64,000 nt of DNA. Source: an uncultured Actinomycetota bacterium. GTDB taxonomy: Bacteria; Actinomycetota; Actinomycetes; JAHEKZ01. The stretch is taken from the NCBI GenBank assembly GCA_963829525.1, contig CAWHIJ010000003.1, forward strand, positions 1-64,000. Reading direction: 5' to 3'. Below the pieces are notes generated by a model. It searched no databases, was not told where the DNA came from, and saw only the letters and a program-made list of their open reading frames with translations. A program made the position numbers and the translations under genes. Every line of letters begins with the position of its first letter. The first letter of the stretch is position 1. Below, in pieces: positions 31,311-42,007 of the stretch.

Positions 31311-31576
31311 TCAAGCCCGGTACAGACGGAGGGGGACGACGCTGGCGATCTGCTCGAAGTCACGGTCCGCGGCGAGCAGCTCGGCGTCGTTTCGCAGGGC
31401 CACGTTGGCGATCAGGCAGTCAACGAGGTTCCTGGGTGTGACACCGGCGACACGGCACTGGCGATAGATCGCGGCCGCTCCCGCCTGTGCGCTATGAGCT
31501 CGGTCAACAACAGGTCAGCGGGCGACCCATCCGCACGGTCCACCGAGATCCACGCGGAGCTGTCGACAAGAATCAC
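31311..31576 (-). pseudogene. vapC: VapC PIN toxin with internal deletion and frameshift
   Basis: ILVDSSAWI N-terminus joins out of frame to AAAIYRQCR..DCLIANVAL..DRDFEQI; middle region missing. Confidence 0.8.
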
Positions 31577-31745
31577 TCGGGGCCGACCGGCGGGGCCCAG
31601 GTGTCCTCCACCGGGAACTCGATCAGGTGCGCTCCCCGCATGCTGAGGATCTCCTCCGTCGTCATCGGCTGCCCTGCCAGCCTGCGAAGGGCGAGGTCGA
31701 CGGCCTCCCTCTTGGTGGTGACGCCGTAGCGCCGCATCACACCTC
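31573..31745 (-). pseudogene. vapB: VapB antitoxin remnant lacking N-terminus
   Basis: [28 protein letters not shown]; GTGA overlap with vapC. Confidence 0.7.
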
Positions 31746-31885
31746 CACCGTGACGCGAAACCCCGGCCGGCAGGCGAACTCCACAGGCGCAGGAGGCCAT
31801 GACTCCATGGCATCCCCGGGCCATTGACCCAAACGGGTGAAGGGGCGTAGACACTGCCTCACCGCTCGGGACGGAGGGATCCCCC

Positions 31886-33427
31886 ATGCACCGAAACACC
31901 GTCCTCACGTCCATCACCGGCCTCGTGGCCGCCTCGCTGTTTGTCGTCGGGCCAGTCGCACCCGCGTCCGGGGTCACAGCGGGGACCTGCGACTCCCGCA
32001 CCAATGACACCCTCAAGAAGCTGCTCGAGTGCGTGACGCTCGACGGCGTCCGCGAGCACCAGGCTGCCTTGCAGAGGATCGCCGACGCCAACGGTGGAAC
32101 GCGCGCCGCGGGTACGCCCGGCTACCAAGCCTCGGTCGACTACGCGGCTGGGGTCCTGAGGAGCGCTGGCTACAACGTCACCGTGCAGCCGTTCTCGTAC
32201 GTGGGATACGAGCAGCTTGGCCCCAGCACTCTTGAGCAGACCGCACCCGTCAGCGTCTCCTACGTCGAGGACGTCGACTTCCTCACCATGGAATTCTCTG
32301 CGTCTGGCGATGTCACCGGGTCGGTCACGGCCGTGGATGTTCAGATCCCGTCACCGGGTGGGTCGACCAGCGGCTGTGAGGCCGCCGACTTCGCCGGGTT
32401 CCCGGTCGGCAACATCGCCCTCATCCAGCGGGGCACCTGCTCCTTCGAAGACAAAGCCGAGAATGCGGCGGCCGCCGGAGCAACGGCCGTGATCATCTTC
32501 AACGAGGGCAACACCCCTGCTCGCACCGACGTCTTCGGCGGCACACTAGGAGCTGGCTACACCGGCGGCATTCCAGCGGTCAGCACCTCCTACGCCTTGG
32601 GCGTCAGCCTGGCCAACACGCCCGGGCTCGTGATGAAGGTCGCCACGGACACCTTCCTGGGCATCATCTCCACCTCCAACGTCCTCGCCGAGTCGCGCGG
32701 CGGTAACCCTGCAAACGTCGTCATGGTCGGTGCACACCTCGACTCTGTGGCCGAAGGCCCCGGCATCAACGACAACGGCTCAGGAACCGCGGCCATCCTC
32801 GAGACCGCCCAGCAGATGGCGAAGGTGAGCCCGCGCAACAAGGTGCGGTTCGCCCTCTGGGGTGCGGAGGAGGCCGGACTCGTCGGGTCGTACGAGTACG
32901 TCTTCGGACTGTCCGACGAGGAGCGAGCCAAGATCGCGATGTACCTCAACTTCGACATGATCGGATCGCCGAACTACGTCCGCTTCGTCTACGACGGAGA
33001 CGGCTCGGCGCTCGGCCTCGAGGGGCCGCCCGGGTCGGGAGCCATCGAGAACTACTTCACCGGCTTCTACACAAGCCGAGGTCTGGCGTCAGAGCCGACG
33101 GCGATCTCCTTCCGCTCCGACTACGCCGCCTTCTTCGACTACGGCATCCCGTTCGGCGGACTTTTCACCGGGGCTGAGGGCATCAAGTCGGCCGCGGAGG
33201 CCGCTACCTACGGCGGCACAGCTGGTGCGGCGTACGACCCTTGCTACCACCTTGCGTGCGACACCTTCGCGAACAACAACGACGCGGTGCTCGGCCTCAA
33301 CAGTGACGCCGTAGCTGCGGCCACGTTGAAGTTCGCGATGAGCACGAGGAGCGTCAACGGCGTCAAGGGCAAGGGCAACTTCCAGCCGCCCGCCCACGAT
33401 GACTACGGCCCGGTTCCGTCCAGCTAA
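31886..33427 (+). CDS. Secreted M28 aminopeptidase with PA domain
   Basis: [37 protein letters not shown]. Confidence 0.92.
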   Translation: MHRNTVLTSITGLVAASLFVVGPVAPASGVTAGTCDSRTNDTLKKLLECVTLDGVREHQAALQRIADANGGTRAAGTPGYQASVDYAAGVLRSAGYNVTVQPFSYVGYEQLGPSTLEQTAPVSVSYVEDVDFLTMEFSASGDVTGSVTAVDVQIPSPGGSTSGCEAADFAGFPVGNIALIQRGTCSFEDKAENAAAAGATAVIIFNEGNTPARTDVFGGTLGAGYTGGIPAVSTSYALGVSLANTPGLVMKVATDTFLGIISTSNVLAESRGGNPANVVMVGAHLDSVAEGPGINDNGSGTAAILETAQQMAKVSPRNKVRFALWGAEEAGLVGSYEYVFGLSDEERAKIAMYLNFDMIGSPNYVRFVYDGDGSALGLEGPPGSGAIENYFTGFYTSRGLASEPTAISFRSDYAAFFDYGIPFGGLFTGAEGIKSAAEAATYGGTAGAAYDPCYHLACDTFANNNDAVLGLNSDAVAAATLKFAMSTRSVNGVKGKGNFQPPAHDDYGPVPSS

Positions 33428-33453
33428 GGCCCCGGACCCACCGACAACGTGTG

Positions 33454-33503
33454 AGTTGGCCGCCCTCATGGGGGCCCATGGGGGCCCATGAGGGCGGTCA
33501 ACT
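33454..33503. terminator. Long hairpin between convergent genes
   Basis: AGTTGGCCGCCCTCATGGG ... CCCATGAGGGCGGTCAACT, one G-T pair. Confidence 0.6.
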
Positions 33504-33515
33504 ACCGCGCTGTGG

Positions 33516-34340
33516 TCAATTGGCAGGCCACCAGGCCGGCAGGTCGGCCACGGAGTCGAGGACGGCATCGGGCGCGATGCCCCGCTCGAGGTCGGCGGCG
33601 TGGAACTTGCCGGTCTTGACCAGGACGCCCCGCATCCCGGCGTCCTGCGCGCCGCCGACGTCGCCGAACACGTCGTCGCCGATCATCACGATGGCCGGCG
33701 CCGCCAGGCCCAGCCGGTGCGCGGCCGCGTGGAAGAAGCCGGCAGACGGCTTGCCGGTGACCACGGGGGCGGCTCCGCTCGCGAACGCGAGTGCCTGGAC
33801 GAACGGGCCGTTGTCGAGGGTGAGCCCATCGTCGTCCTTCCAGAACCGCGCCATGCCCAGCGCCACCAACACCGGACGCGGGTCCGCCGTGAGCAGCCGG
33901 AAGGCCCTGTTCAGGGTGGCGAAGTCCCACGCCTGCCCGAGGTCGCCGACCACAACGGCGCCGGCTCCGGACTCCGCGTTGGCGGCGACGCGCGGCAGAT
34001 CGCCGAACTCGGCGGCGGTGGCCTCCGGGACGAAGAGCGCCACCGGCGTCCGCCCCTGTTCGGTCAGCCACTCGTGCGCAGCAACGGCCGGCGTCAGAAT
34101 GCGCGCAGGGTCGGCGTTGATGCCGAAGCCGGCGAGCTTGTCGGCGAGATACGAGCGAGGGTGCGACGTCGTATTGGTGACGAACAGATACGGGATGCCG
34201 GCGCCGTCCGCCCACGCAATCACATCAGCGCCGCCAGGGACCGCGGAGTCGCTGACGAAGAAGACTCCGTCAAGGTCGAAGAGCAGCCCTCGGGGCGGGA
34301 GCGCTGCTCTTTGCTCGGGGGACCTCTCCTCGATCTCCAC
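33516..34340 (-). CDS. HAD-IIA hydrolase (LHPP/HDHD2-like)
   Basis: FDLDGV, VTNTT, GKPS, MIGDD..DVGGA, VKTGKF. Confidence 0.88.
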   Translation of the reverse strand: MEIEERSPEQRAALPPRGLLFDLDGVFFVSDSAVPGGADVIAWADGAGIPYLFVTNTTSHPRSYLADKLAGFGINADPARILTPAVAAHEWLTEQGRTPVALFVPEATAAEFGDLPRVAANAESGAGAVVVGDLGQAWDFATLNRAFRLLTADPRPVLVALGMARFWKDDDGLTLDNGPFVQALAFASGAAPVVTGKPSAGFFHAAAHRLGLAAPAIVMIGDDVFGDVGGAQDAGMRGVLVKTGKFHAADLERGIAPDAVLDSVADLPAWWPAN

Positions 34341-34343
34341 GTC

Positions 34344-35627
34344 CTACCCCGAAGGTACCGGCGTCCGTTTGAGTCGCCGGACGTCGGCATCAGGTGGGTC
34401 TGCCACCCCTCGGTAGACGTAAGCGCCGGCGATGAAGGCCAGCGTCACCCAGCCCACGGGTGGGATGAGACCGCCACCGCCGGTGAGCATTCGGTCGATG
34501 GGAAGCGCGAATGCCGCCGCCACCGGGAGCATCCACGTCGGGTCGAACGGCAGTTGGACCACGGACCTGACCCAGCTGAACAGCAGAACGAGCATGATCG
34601 CTGCTGCCAGCGCTGCCACCAGGACACCACCGCGCAACCAGGCATCGACCACGAAGTTGTGAGAGCTCTCCCCCGCGGTGTCGATCCCGCCAGTCCAGAA
34701 GCCCTCTTTGATGTTCGCGAAGGCCTGGTCGTAGAGCCCTCCCCTGGCCTGGTACGACGACGTGTCCTGGGTGAATCTGACCCATATGATGCGCCCGACC
34801 CCCGACACGACGAACACAACGAGCACGAGTGCAGCGCCCACCGCAACGCTCATTTGACGCCGCGTCACCTCGCCCAGACGCGCGGACCGCCAGAGACTGA
34901 GCAGCGGCCAGATCGCGGCGGCGAGAAGGACGGCGCGACTCATCGAGATCAGCAGCAAGAGTGTGCCAACCACCATCGCGGCCCGACGGATGTTGCGGCT
35001 CGTGCCAGACCCCGGTGCGAGGCCCTCCGCCCAAGCCGACACGTACATCGCTGCCAGCACCGCCCCGAAGACCTCGTGGCGGATGTTGCCGCGAACCGTC
35101 TCGGCGTCGTAGCCGTAGCCAGCGAAGCTGGAGCGAAACAGCTCTTTCTGCAGCAGCTCAGGGTCGGCAGCGGCGATGCTTCGCTGCACCACCGCGATCG
35201 GGTTGACTCCATTGCCCACCATCGAAATGGCAAACGCGGCAACAAGGCACACCACCGCCGCGGTCGCCGACCAACGAAGCAGGGTCAACGCACCCGGCTC
35301 CTCGCCAGTCGCTGCACGCCCCATGTAGGTGCCGAGCGCGATGAACACACCGAGGTAGAGGAGCACCTGAATCGCAGTGCGTGGGATCTGCCCGTTGTAG
35401 AGCGAGACGGCCATCCACGACACGATCATCAAGACATTGAGGGCGATGAAGGGCAGCGCCACCGCGATCACGGCCTGCGTCGACCGCAGTGGACGCGCTG
35501 CCACCACGATGGCTGCCACGAGCAGGAGCACCGCTTGGTGCAGGCGTATCTGACCCACCGGGGAGCCCGCGACCACGAACCACTGCAGGGGGAGGGCAGC
35601 GAACACCACAAGGCCGAGCCACCTCAT
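34344..35627 (-). CDS. Polytopic membrane protein, O-antigen ligase/polymerase (Wzy)-like
   Basis: About 10-12 TM segments, SMSRA and SSHN motifs, next to wzc; GGAGG RBS before ATG 35627. Confidence 0.65.
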   Translation of the reverse strand: MRWLGLVVFAALPLQWFVVAGSPVGQIRLHQAVLLLVAAIVVAARPLRSTQAVIAVALPFIALNVLMIVSWMAVSLYNGQIPRTAIQVLLYLGVFIALGTYMGRAATGEEPGALTLLRWSATAAVVCLVAAFAISMVGNGVNPIAVVQRSIAAADPELLQKELFRSSFAGYGYDAETVRGNIRHEVFGAVLAAMYVSAWAEGLAPGSGTSRNIRRAAMVVGTLLLLISMSRAVLLAAAIWPLLSLWRSARLGEVTRRQMSVAVGAALVLVVFVVSGVGRIIWVRFTQDTSSYQARGGLYDQAFANIKEGFWTGGIDTAGESSHNFVVDAWLRGGVLVAALAAAIMLVLLFSWVRSVVQLPFDPTWMLPVAAAFALPIDRMLTGGGGLIPPVGWVTLAFIAGAYVYRGVADPPDADVRRLKRTPVPSG

Positions 35628-35842
35628 CTGCCACCTCCCACCAAGAACGTCCTCTGCCGACGGCTGCCTGGACAGAAGGGTAGCGACGCACCAGCGCCAG
35701 CGACGACGCGATCGCCACGCTGGCGGCTGAATGGATGAACGCCAGCCGGATCGGGCGCCGACGTGCAACCAGGGCCGTATACGCTTGTCGGGACTCACCT
35801 CTCCGTCCGGTGAGGACTGGACGAAGTTCATGGGGGACCACG

Positions 35843-37534
35843 ATGGGCAGCGACGCCATCAATCTGCGCGATCAGGTGGCGACCCTTCGCCGCCGGTGGC
35901 GCTGGCTGGTGCTGTGCAGCGTTGGTGGCATGCTCCTGGCACTGGCGGCATCCTTCGCACAGCCCACGCTCTACAAAAGCAGCACCAGCCTTGAGATCTC
36001 GCCCGTAACGGCCGCCCAGACGGCCAGCAACGGCCTCGTAATGCAGCCTGCCGAGATCGCTACCCAGCTGCAGGTGCTGCAGTCCACCCCGGTGGCCGAG
36101 CGTGTGATCGCGCGCCTGAACTTGGACGTCTCGTCCTCACGGCTGCTGAACTCCGTCGAAGCAACTCAGGACACCGAGGCGCGGGTCATCTCCATGACCG
36201 CAACGCAGCCGACTGCATCGCAGGCGCAGAAGGTTGCGTCAGCGTTCGCCGAGGAGTACCTGAGCTTCCGGGTGGAACAGGCAAATCAGGCAACCGAAGA
36301 CGCCCAGGCCGCTTTGCAGGATGCAGCCACTGCCACACGCAAGCAGTTGGCTGACATCGAGATCAAGCTCGCGACCGCCACCGACGCCGAGCGAGCACAG
36401 CTTCAGAGCGAACAGCAGGCATTGCTCGTCGAGCTCACTCAGATCCTGAGCGATCAGGCGACGGCATCGGTCAACTCCCCCGGTGCCCTTGGCGGAGGAG
36501 GCCAAGTCCTCGTCCCGGCGTCACTCCCGGGCGGTCCCTCCGAACCCCGCCCGGTGCGTTCGGCCATGCTTGGCCTCTTCCTCGGGCTGCTGCTCGGCAT
36601 CGTTCTGGCCTTCGTTCGCGATCACTTTGACGATGCCGTGCGCGACGAGGCCCGCTTGCGTGAGGCGATTACGCCACTACCTGTTCTCGGTCGTATTCCT
36701 CGCTGGGCCAACGCCAAGAGCGGCCGGTTGGCCACCGTATTGGAGCCCGGAGCACATATCAGTGAGGCGTACCGCGCGCTCACCATCAACGTTCGGTTCC
36801 TGTTAGCCGTCGCCAAGGATCGCCACGGGACGCCGGTAGCCGCAGGTTTGGATGTGCCACTGTCGAAAGCTCGGCGGCAGCTTCCGCTGAATCGAGGGGG
36901 CAAGGTGCTCCTGGTGACGTCGGCGACAGAAGCAGAGGGCAAGACCTCACTTGCCAGCAACCTCGCGGTCGTAGCCGCCCAGTTCGGCCTGAAGGTGATT
37001 GTGGTCGACGCCGACCTGCGCAGCCCGAAACTGGCCAGCGTATTCGGGCTCGGTCGCCCTCCCGGGCTATCGGACCTCCTGGCAACCGACGACGACGTGG
37101 ACGACTACCTCGTCGAGGTCGAGACCCTGAAAGTGCTCGCCGGCGGCAGCCTGGCGCCCAACCCAGCCGAACTGCTTGCGTCACCGCGCATGCACCAGAT
37201 CCTGACCACCCTGGCATCTCGCGCCGACCTCGTGATCGTCGACTCTGCTCCCACGACAAGGGTTGCCGACGCTCTTGAGCTCGTCGCCGTCAGCGACCTG
37301 GTGCTGTTGAGCGTTCGGCACGCTCAAACCCGGCTGCGTTCCCTGCACGAGGCAATCGATCGGATCAAGCAGGTCGGCGGTGAGGTGTCCGGCGTCGTCT
37401 ACGTCGACGTCCCGTCGCGCTCAGCCCCCGAGGCTTATGGGTACGGTCAGAACTACGCTCCGGATAGCCGCGCGACCGATCCCGATAGCCGCGCGACCGA
37501 CCCCGATAGCCGCGCGACCGACGACCCCGAGTAG
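35843..37534 (+). CDS. wzc: Polysaccharide co-polymerase/tyrosine autokinase (Wzc-like), copy 1
   Basis: Two TM Wzz region, EAYRAL, TSATEAEGKTS, VDADLRSP, IVDSAP, YGYG tail. Confidence 0.9.
   Translation: MGSDAINLRDQVATLRRRWRWLVLCSVGGMLLALAASFAQPTLYKSSTSLEISPVTAAQTASNGLVMQPAEIATQLQVLQSTPVAERVIARLNLDVSSSRLLNSVEATQDTEARVISMTATQPTASQAQKVASAFAEEYLSFRVEQANQATEDAQAALQDAATATRKQLADIEIKLATATDAERAQLQSEQQALLVELTQILSDQATASVNSPGALGGGGQVLVPASLPGGPSEPRPVRSAMLGLFLGLLLGIVLAFVRDHFDDAVRDEARLREAITPLPVLGRIPRWANAKSGRLATVLEPGAHISEAYRALTINVRFLLAVAKDRHGTPVAAGLDVPLSKARRQLPLNRGGKVLLVTSATEAEGKTSLASNLAVVAAQFGLKVIVVDADLRSPKLASVFGLGRPPGLSDLLATDDDVDDYLVEVETLKVLAGGSLAPNPAELLASPRMHQILTTLASRADLVIVDSAPTTRVADALELVAVSDLVLLSVRHAQTRLRSLHEAIDRIKQVGGEVSGVVYVDVPSRSAPEAYGYGQNYAPDSRATDPDSRATDPDSRATDDPE
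37459..37523 (+). repeat. 21-bp coding VNTR x3 (PDSRATD)
   Basis: GATAGCCGCGCGACCGA core repeated three times at 21-bp period. Confidence 0.85.
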
Positions 37535-37562
37535 AAGTCGGGCGACGCCCAGGAACGAACCT

Positions 37563-38096
37563 TCACGCCAGGCGCAGTGCCATGCGATGCGCCAAGTCTG
37601 CGACTTGATCGATGCAATCCCGCATGCGAGCTGCCGACGGACCCAACGGGTCGGACACATCTTCGGGGAGGGGACCGGCCTTCACCCTGGGCCGCTGCTG
37701 ATGGGCAGCTTTGATCAACCTCACCAGGTCCTCGTCGAACTCGGACAAGGGCGGAATGGATTCGAGCAACCGAACGAGCTCTGCGAAGGTGAACGTCCGC
37801 GGGATGGCCGACGGCAGCATTCCCTGCAGGGAATCGCGATGCGCCTCCGTCATCCCCACGATCAGGGTGCTTTCCCTGAGATCGTCTTGGGTCAAAGGGC
37901 GCGACCGGTGTTTGGACAAGTCCAACACATATCGCCGCAGCTGCTGGAGTGCCTCGACCGGCGTTTCCTTGCCCTCGACGGCGCCAAGACCCGCACTGTC
38001 GACCACACACTCGAGGTCGAACGCCCTCGACAGAGCTGCCGCCGCAACCGGACTGCGCACCAAGTTCGCCGTGCAGACGAACAGAATCCGGTTCAC
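37563..38096 (-). CDS. wzb: Low-molecular-weight protein tyrosine phosphatase (Wzb-like)
   Basis: ILFVCTANLVRSP (CX5R), SAG, DVSDP. Confidence 0.85.
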   Translation of the reverse strand: MNRILFVCTANLVRSPVAAAALSRAFDLECVVDSAGLGAVEGKETPVEALQQLRRYVLDLSKHRSRPLTQDDLRESTLIVGMTEAHRDSLQGMLPSAIPRTFTFAELVRLLESIPPLSEFDEDLVRLIKAAHQQRPRVKAGPLPEDVSDPLGPSAARMRDCIDQVADLAHRMALRLA

Positions 38097-39220
38097 CCCC
38101 GTTTGACCCCAGCTAGATAACGCTTCAGGGCGACGGCGGATCGCTTCGGCTTCATCCCGTAAGTAAACAGCCCGTAGTGCCGGTCCTTCTCCGTGCTTGG
38201 CGAACGCTCGTCCCGTGACATATAGACAGACATGCGCGTCACGTAGGGCAGCCTTCGGTCGGTCATCTTGATCATCTCGACGATCCACTTGGCCTGCTGC
38301 CGTTCCGAAACTCCCCCCGAAGCTTTGCCGACGGTCGAGAAGCCGAACTCGGTGAACCAGATATCCGCACGAGCGTCATTATGATTCCGCATGACGTGAC
38401 GCAGCTCGCGCGTGGCCAAGATCCAGCGCGGTGTGCCCCCATTCCATGACCAGCGCGGTGATATGCCGCCGTTGTACGGATGCACGTTGACGACATCAAA
38501 GCAATGCTTGGCGCCGAGCTTGTAGAGGCTGCGAACCCAGTCGACGTTGATACCGCCGGTGCCGGCCAAGACGACCTTGGCTCCTGGCGCACCGCGCTTG
38601 ACGGCTGGATACGCGGCACACAAGAGCTGCTTGTACTCGCGATTCGTGTCCCCCTTCAGGTGGACGTCACCGGCAGCCTCATTCCAGATCTCCCAGGACT
38701 GCACGTCACCGCGGTAGCGCTTGGCCAGATGTGCGATGGCACGAGCGTAGGTCTTCGGATTGTCGGGCAAGTACTTGCTCCCGAGGCCTCCGTTGGCCCA
38801 TCCAGGGGTTCCGAGAAAGGTCACCGAGACCTTCAAGTTGTTCCGCTTAGCAGCCCGGATGACCGAATCAACACGGTCGAACGCCCAAGGGGACCAGCCG
38901 CCGTTCTGCGACGATGGCTTCTTCGGCTGGACCAATGCCCAGGGCAGCCCGATCCGCACCCACCTGGCGTTGACGTTCGAGAGCTTCTTGAACATCTCGC
39001 GTCGCTGGCCCATCGTGCGGTCTCCCCAGAGAGCGTGGTCGACCACTCCCACACTCGGGTGCCGGGCTCCACCACTGGCGGCGCGCTGGACTTCTGCTGT
39101 GCGAGTGCTCTGCTGAGTTGTCACTGCAGCTGAGTTGCCCACAGCTATCTGTGGAACGACGAGAGCGGCTAACAGAAAACCCACCACTGTTAGCGAAAAT
39201 CTGCGGACCGTGGACGTCAT
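38093..39220 (-). CDS. Secreted clan GH-A glycoside hydrolase (GH5/GH39-like)
   Basis: Signal peptide; WEIWNE, VHPY, WFTEFG. Confidence 0.82.
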   Translation of the reverse strand: MTSTVRRFSLTVVGFLLAALVVPQIAVGNSAAVTTQQSTRTAEVQRAASGGARHPSVGVVDHALWGDRTMGQRREMFKKLSNVNARWVRIGLPWALVQPKKPSSQNGGWSPWAFDRVDSVIRAAKRNNLKVSVTFLGTPGWANGGLGSKYLPDNPKTYARAIAHLAKRYRGDVQSWEIWNEAAGDVHLKGDTNREYKQLLCAAYPAVKRGAPGAKVVLAGTGGINVDWVRSLYKLGAKHCFDVVNVHPYNGGISPRWSWNGGTPRWILATRELRHVMRNHNDARADIWFTEFGFSTVGKASGGVSERQQAKWIVEMIKMTDRRLPYVTRMSVYMSRDERSPSTEKDRHYGLFTYGMKPKRSAVALKRYLAGVKRG

Positions 39221-39470
39221 GGTCGACTCCTCACCATCGGGATCGGCGCGTTCACTGGCTGTTTCGGAAGTGACTACCGTAGCAATCCTCAATCAATGCC
39301 CGATTTGTCCCGCCTGCCGCACACGGACAGTGGCTGCCGCCTAGCGCTCGGCGATCACTTTGGCACTCGGGTGGTGGTGCGTGGATCGATCGGGTGATGG
39401 TCTGCTCCCGCGGCACGTGGTCAGCAATGTGTGCGGCAGACTGCAAACCATGCCGAATGCCCGGGGAGCG

Positions 39471-40802
39471 ATGTCACTCGGGCGCGCCATCGTGTGGTTC
39501 GCTGTCGGCTACACCGCCGCAATTGCTGGCTATCTCGGCCTGAGCGCCGCCGCGGGTCGACTCCTCGGGCCAGAGTCGTTCGGCTACTTCGTCATCGCCC
39601 TCACCCTGGCAATGGTCACCGGGCAAATCGGACTTATGGGAGTACATCGGTCGGGATTGCGGGAGGCCGCCCGGCTGGAGCATGACGACGTCGAACAGCT
39701 CGCCGAGCTTCGCCGCGGGGTGCGAGCGGTGGTCCTGGTGTCCTTGCCCGTCGCCGGGGTCATCACCGGTCTGATCGCGTGGTTGTTGGCGGGAAGCCAG
39801 CCCCCGGCAAGCCGAGCTGTGATCGCCCTGAGCGTTACCGCGCTGGTGATCCTCAACGGCCTCCAGAAGCTCTGGGCCAACTACCTTCGCGGCTTTGGCC
39901 AGGTGCGCGTCGCCAGCATGCTCGAAGGCCGATCGGGGGGAGCGGTCGTCGCGCTTCTGCAAGCCGCCATGGTCGTGTTGGTGTGGAAGCTGGTCCCGTC
40001 TTGGGGACTGGCCGGAGCATTGGCTGCGGTGGTTCTTGGTTACGCCATCCCTGTCGGGTACGCGTCAAGTCTGGTCAGGCGTCACTGGAGCCACGCGTCG
40101 TCCTCGACGAAACTGTTCCGCGATCTGCGGCAGGTGGCCCAGCGGGACTGGCGATTTGCCTCCGTCCAGGTGGGGTCGCTGCTGAATGCGAGCGTCGAAG
40201 TGTGGATCGCGGGCCTTGTCCTTACGAGCGTCGACACGTCCATGTTCGGCGCAGCCCAGCGGTTGTCGTTTCTCGTGGCGCTGCCCATGACTGCCCTGCA
40301 GATCGTGTTCTCGCCATCGATCTCCCGGCTCGCCGTATCGGGATCGCCCGCGCAGATGCAGCATGTGCTGCGTACCGGAGCCACACTCGCGACGGGCGCA
40401 ACGTTCGTCGTCGCGCTGCCCCTGCTTGTGGCGCCGGGACCGATCCTGCAGGTGGTCTATGGCCCGGGGTTTCAGGCAGCTGCCACACCCCTGGTCCTCC
40501 TGACCTTCGCCCTTGTTGTCAATGCGTTCACCGGGCTTGCCGGGCTCGCTCTGTCGATGAGTCATCGCGAGGGGGTCGCTGCGAGGGTTCAGTGGGCGGC
40601 TCTTGCTCTGCGCGTGGTACTCGGCACGGCTGCAGCGGAAGCTCTCGGGCTCAATGCACTCGCTGCGAGCGCCTGTCTGGTCTCGTCCGGGATGTTCGTG
40701 TTCATGTGGCGTCGCGCCAAACGCGTGGTGGGCGTCAACACCGCAGTCACGGGCAGGCCCGACCTAGCTGTCCTGAAACACTCCACGGTGGCCAAGGCAT
40801 AA
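39471..40802 (+). CDS. wzx: Oligosaccharide flippase (Wzx/MOP family)
   Basis: RLLGPESFGYF, about 12 TM segments, VYGPGF; EPS context. Confidence 0.8.
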   Translation: MSLGRAIVWFAVGYTAAIAGYLGLSAAAGRLLGPESFGYFVIALTLAMVTGQIGLMGVHRSGLREAARLEHDDVEQLAELRRGVRAVVLVSLPVAGVITGLIAWLLAGSQPPASRAVIALSVTALVILNGLQKLWANYLRGFGQVRVASMLEGRSGGAVVALLQAAMVVLVWKLVPSWGLAGALAAVVLGYAIPVGYASSLVRRHWSHASSSTKLFRDLRQVAQRDWRFASVQVGSLLNASVEVWIAGLVLTSVDTSMFGAAQRLSFLVALPMTALQIVFSPSISRLAVSGSPAQMQHVLRTGATLATGATFVVALPLLVAPGPILQVVYGPGFQAAATPLVLLTFALVVNAFTGLAGLALSMSHREGVAARVQWAALALRVVLGTAAAEALGLNALAASACLVSSGMFVFMWRRAKRVVGVNTAVTGRPDLAVLKHSTVAKA

Positions 40803-40831
40803 GAGCCTTCCCATCCCTAGTGACAGTTGCC

Positions 40832-41827
40832 CTAGTGGCAGTTGACCGTGCCGGAGTCAAGCACCGCACCAGCTTCGGTGACCCACTGGTAGTCGGCCGA
40901 GTTCGGGTGCAGAGTCAGAAACAGCACGCCATAGTCGGCTGTGTTCCTGAAGGCGCTCAACGAACTCGTTGTACCGACGTCGTAATGGCTCTTGCCGCCG
41001 GCCCCGGACGTGAACTCGACGATCCCTCTGGGATCTCCCGTGGCGCCAGCCTCTGAGAGCGGGACGAACCGCTGATACGAGTGCTCATGCCCATTCAAAA
41101 TGATCTCGGCGTCGTCTTGGTACAGCAGGTTCCAAGCCCAGTTCATGTTGGTGACACCAGCGTGCTCACCGTCATTGAACTTCGGGTGGTGCCAGTACGC
41201 GAGGGTGCATTGATCAGTGTTGGCTGCCAGGTCGGCCTTCAACCAGCTGAACTGCGGCTGCGTGCTTCCACACCCACCAATGGCTGCACAGTTGGAGTTC
41301 AGGGACACCAAGTGCCAGTCGCCAATGTCGTACGAGTAGTACCCAGGCGAGGCCGCGTAATCCTTGCTCGCGAAGTAGGAGTAGTACCCCGATGCACCAG
41401 GGGTCTTGTACTCGTGGTTCCCCGGTGTAGGGCGGGTGATGTCGTAGTACGGCGCAAACCATTTGTCATAAGACGTGTTGAAGGCGGATAGATCGCCTAC
41501 TTCGTACTGGAGATCGCCTAGGGCAAGGAAGGCCGCAAGGTCTTTGCCAGCCAGTAGATCCGCAACGTACTTGTGCCGACAGGCGGTGTCCGTTCCGAAA
41601 CCATCCTGAAATGCCGATGACGTTGGCGTGCAGGCAATGTCCCCGACTGCGGCAACCAGTGGGTCGCCGCTTGAACCACCGACTGGGCCGCTGGCGGGCG
41701 AACTGGCAGGACCACTGGCAGGTGAACCGGCCGAGTCACCGGCTGGCGAACCTGTCCGGCTGATCACGAAGGCCGCCGCAGCCAAGACAACCAGTAAGAG
41801 GAGTGCGATCGGGAAAGGCCGCTTCAT
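40832..41827 (-). CDS. Secreted metallophosphoesterase
   Basis: VGDIAC, LGDLQY, PGNHEY, HHP, NGHEHSY. Confidence 0.88.
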   Translation of the reverse strand: MKRPFPIALLLLVVLAAAAFVISRTGSPAGDSAGSPASGPASSPASGPVGGSSGDPLVAAVGDIACTPTSSAFQDGFGTDTACRHKYVADLLAGKDLAAFLALGDLQYEVGDLSAFNTSYDKWFAPYYDITRPTPGNHEYKTPGASGYYSYFASKDYAASPGYYSYDIGDWHLVSLNSNCAAIGGCGSTQPQFSWLKADLAANTDQCTLAYWHHPKFNDGEHAGVTNMNWAWNLLYQDDAEIILNGHEHSYQRFVPLSEAGATGDPRGIVEFTSGAGGKSHYDVGTTSSLSAFRNTADYGVLFLTLHPNSADYQWVTEAGAVLDSGTVNCH

Positions 41828-42007
41828 CGCACGCCCCCTTCGCCGTCATCGTTGCCACCATTGCCAGCGTAGGCAATCGACACCAGTCAGTCGCTAAATC
41901 AATCACCTGGCGGCGGCGGCCCCAGACCATGAGTTACCCTATGGCCGTCAAGGAACACATTCTGTCGCCCGCTAGCTGATTGCGGCGCACGTCAATGGGG
42001 GATCTTC

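Noticed and set aside
33600-35738. 712-aa plus-strand ORF and similar long antisense ORFs (e.g. 19431..20672, 51501..53045)
   Set aside because: Shadow ORFs of real opposite-strand genes in high-GC DNA; no motifs
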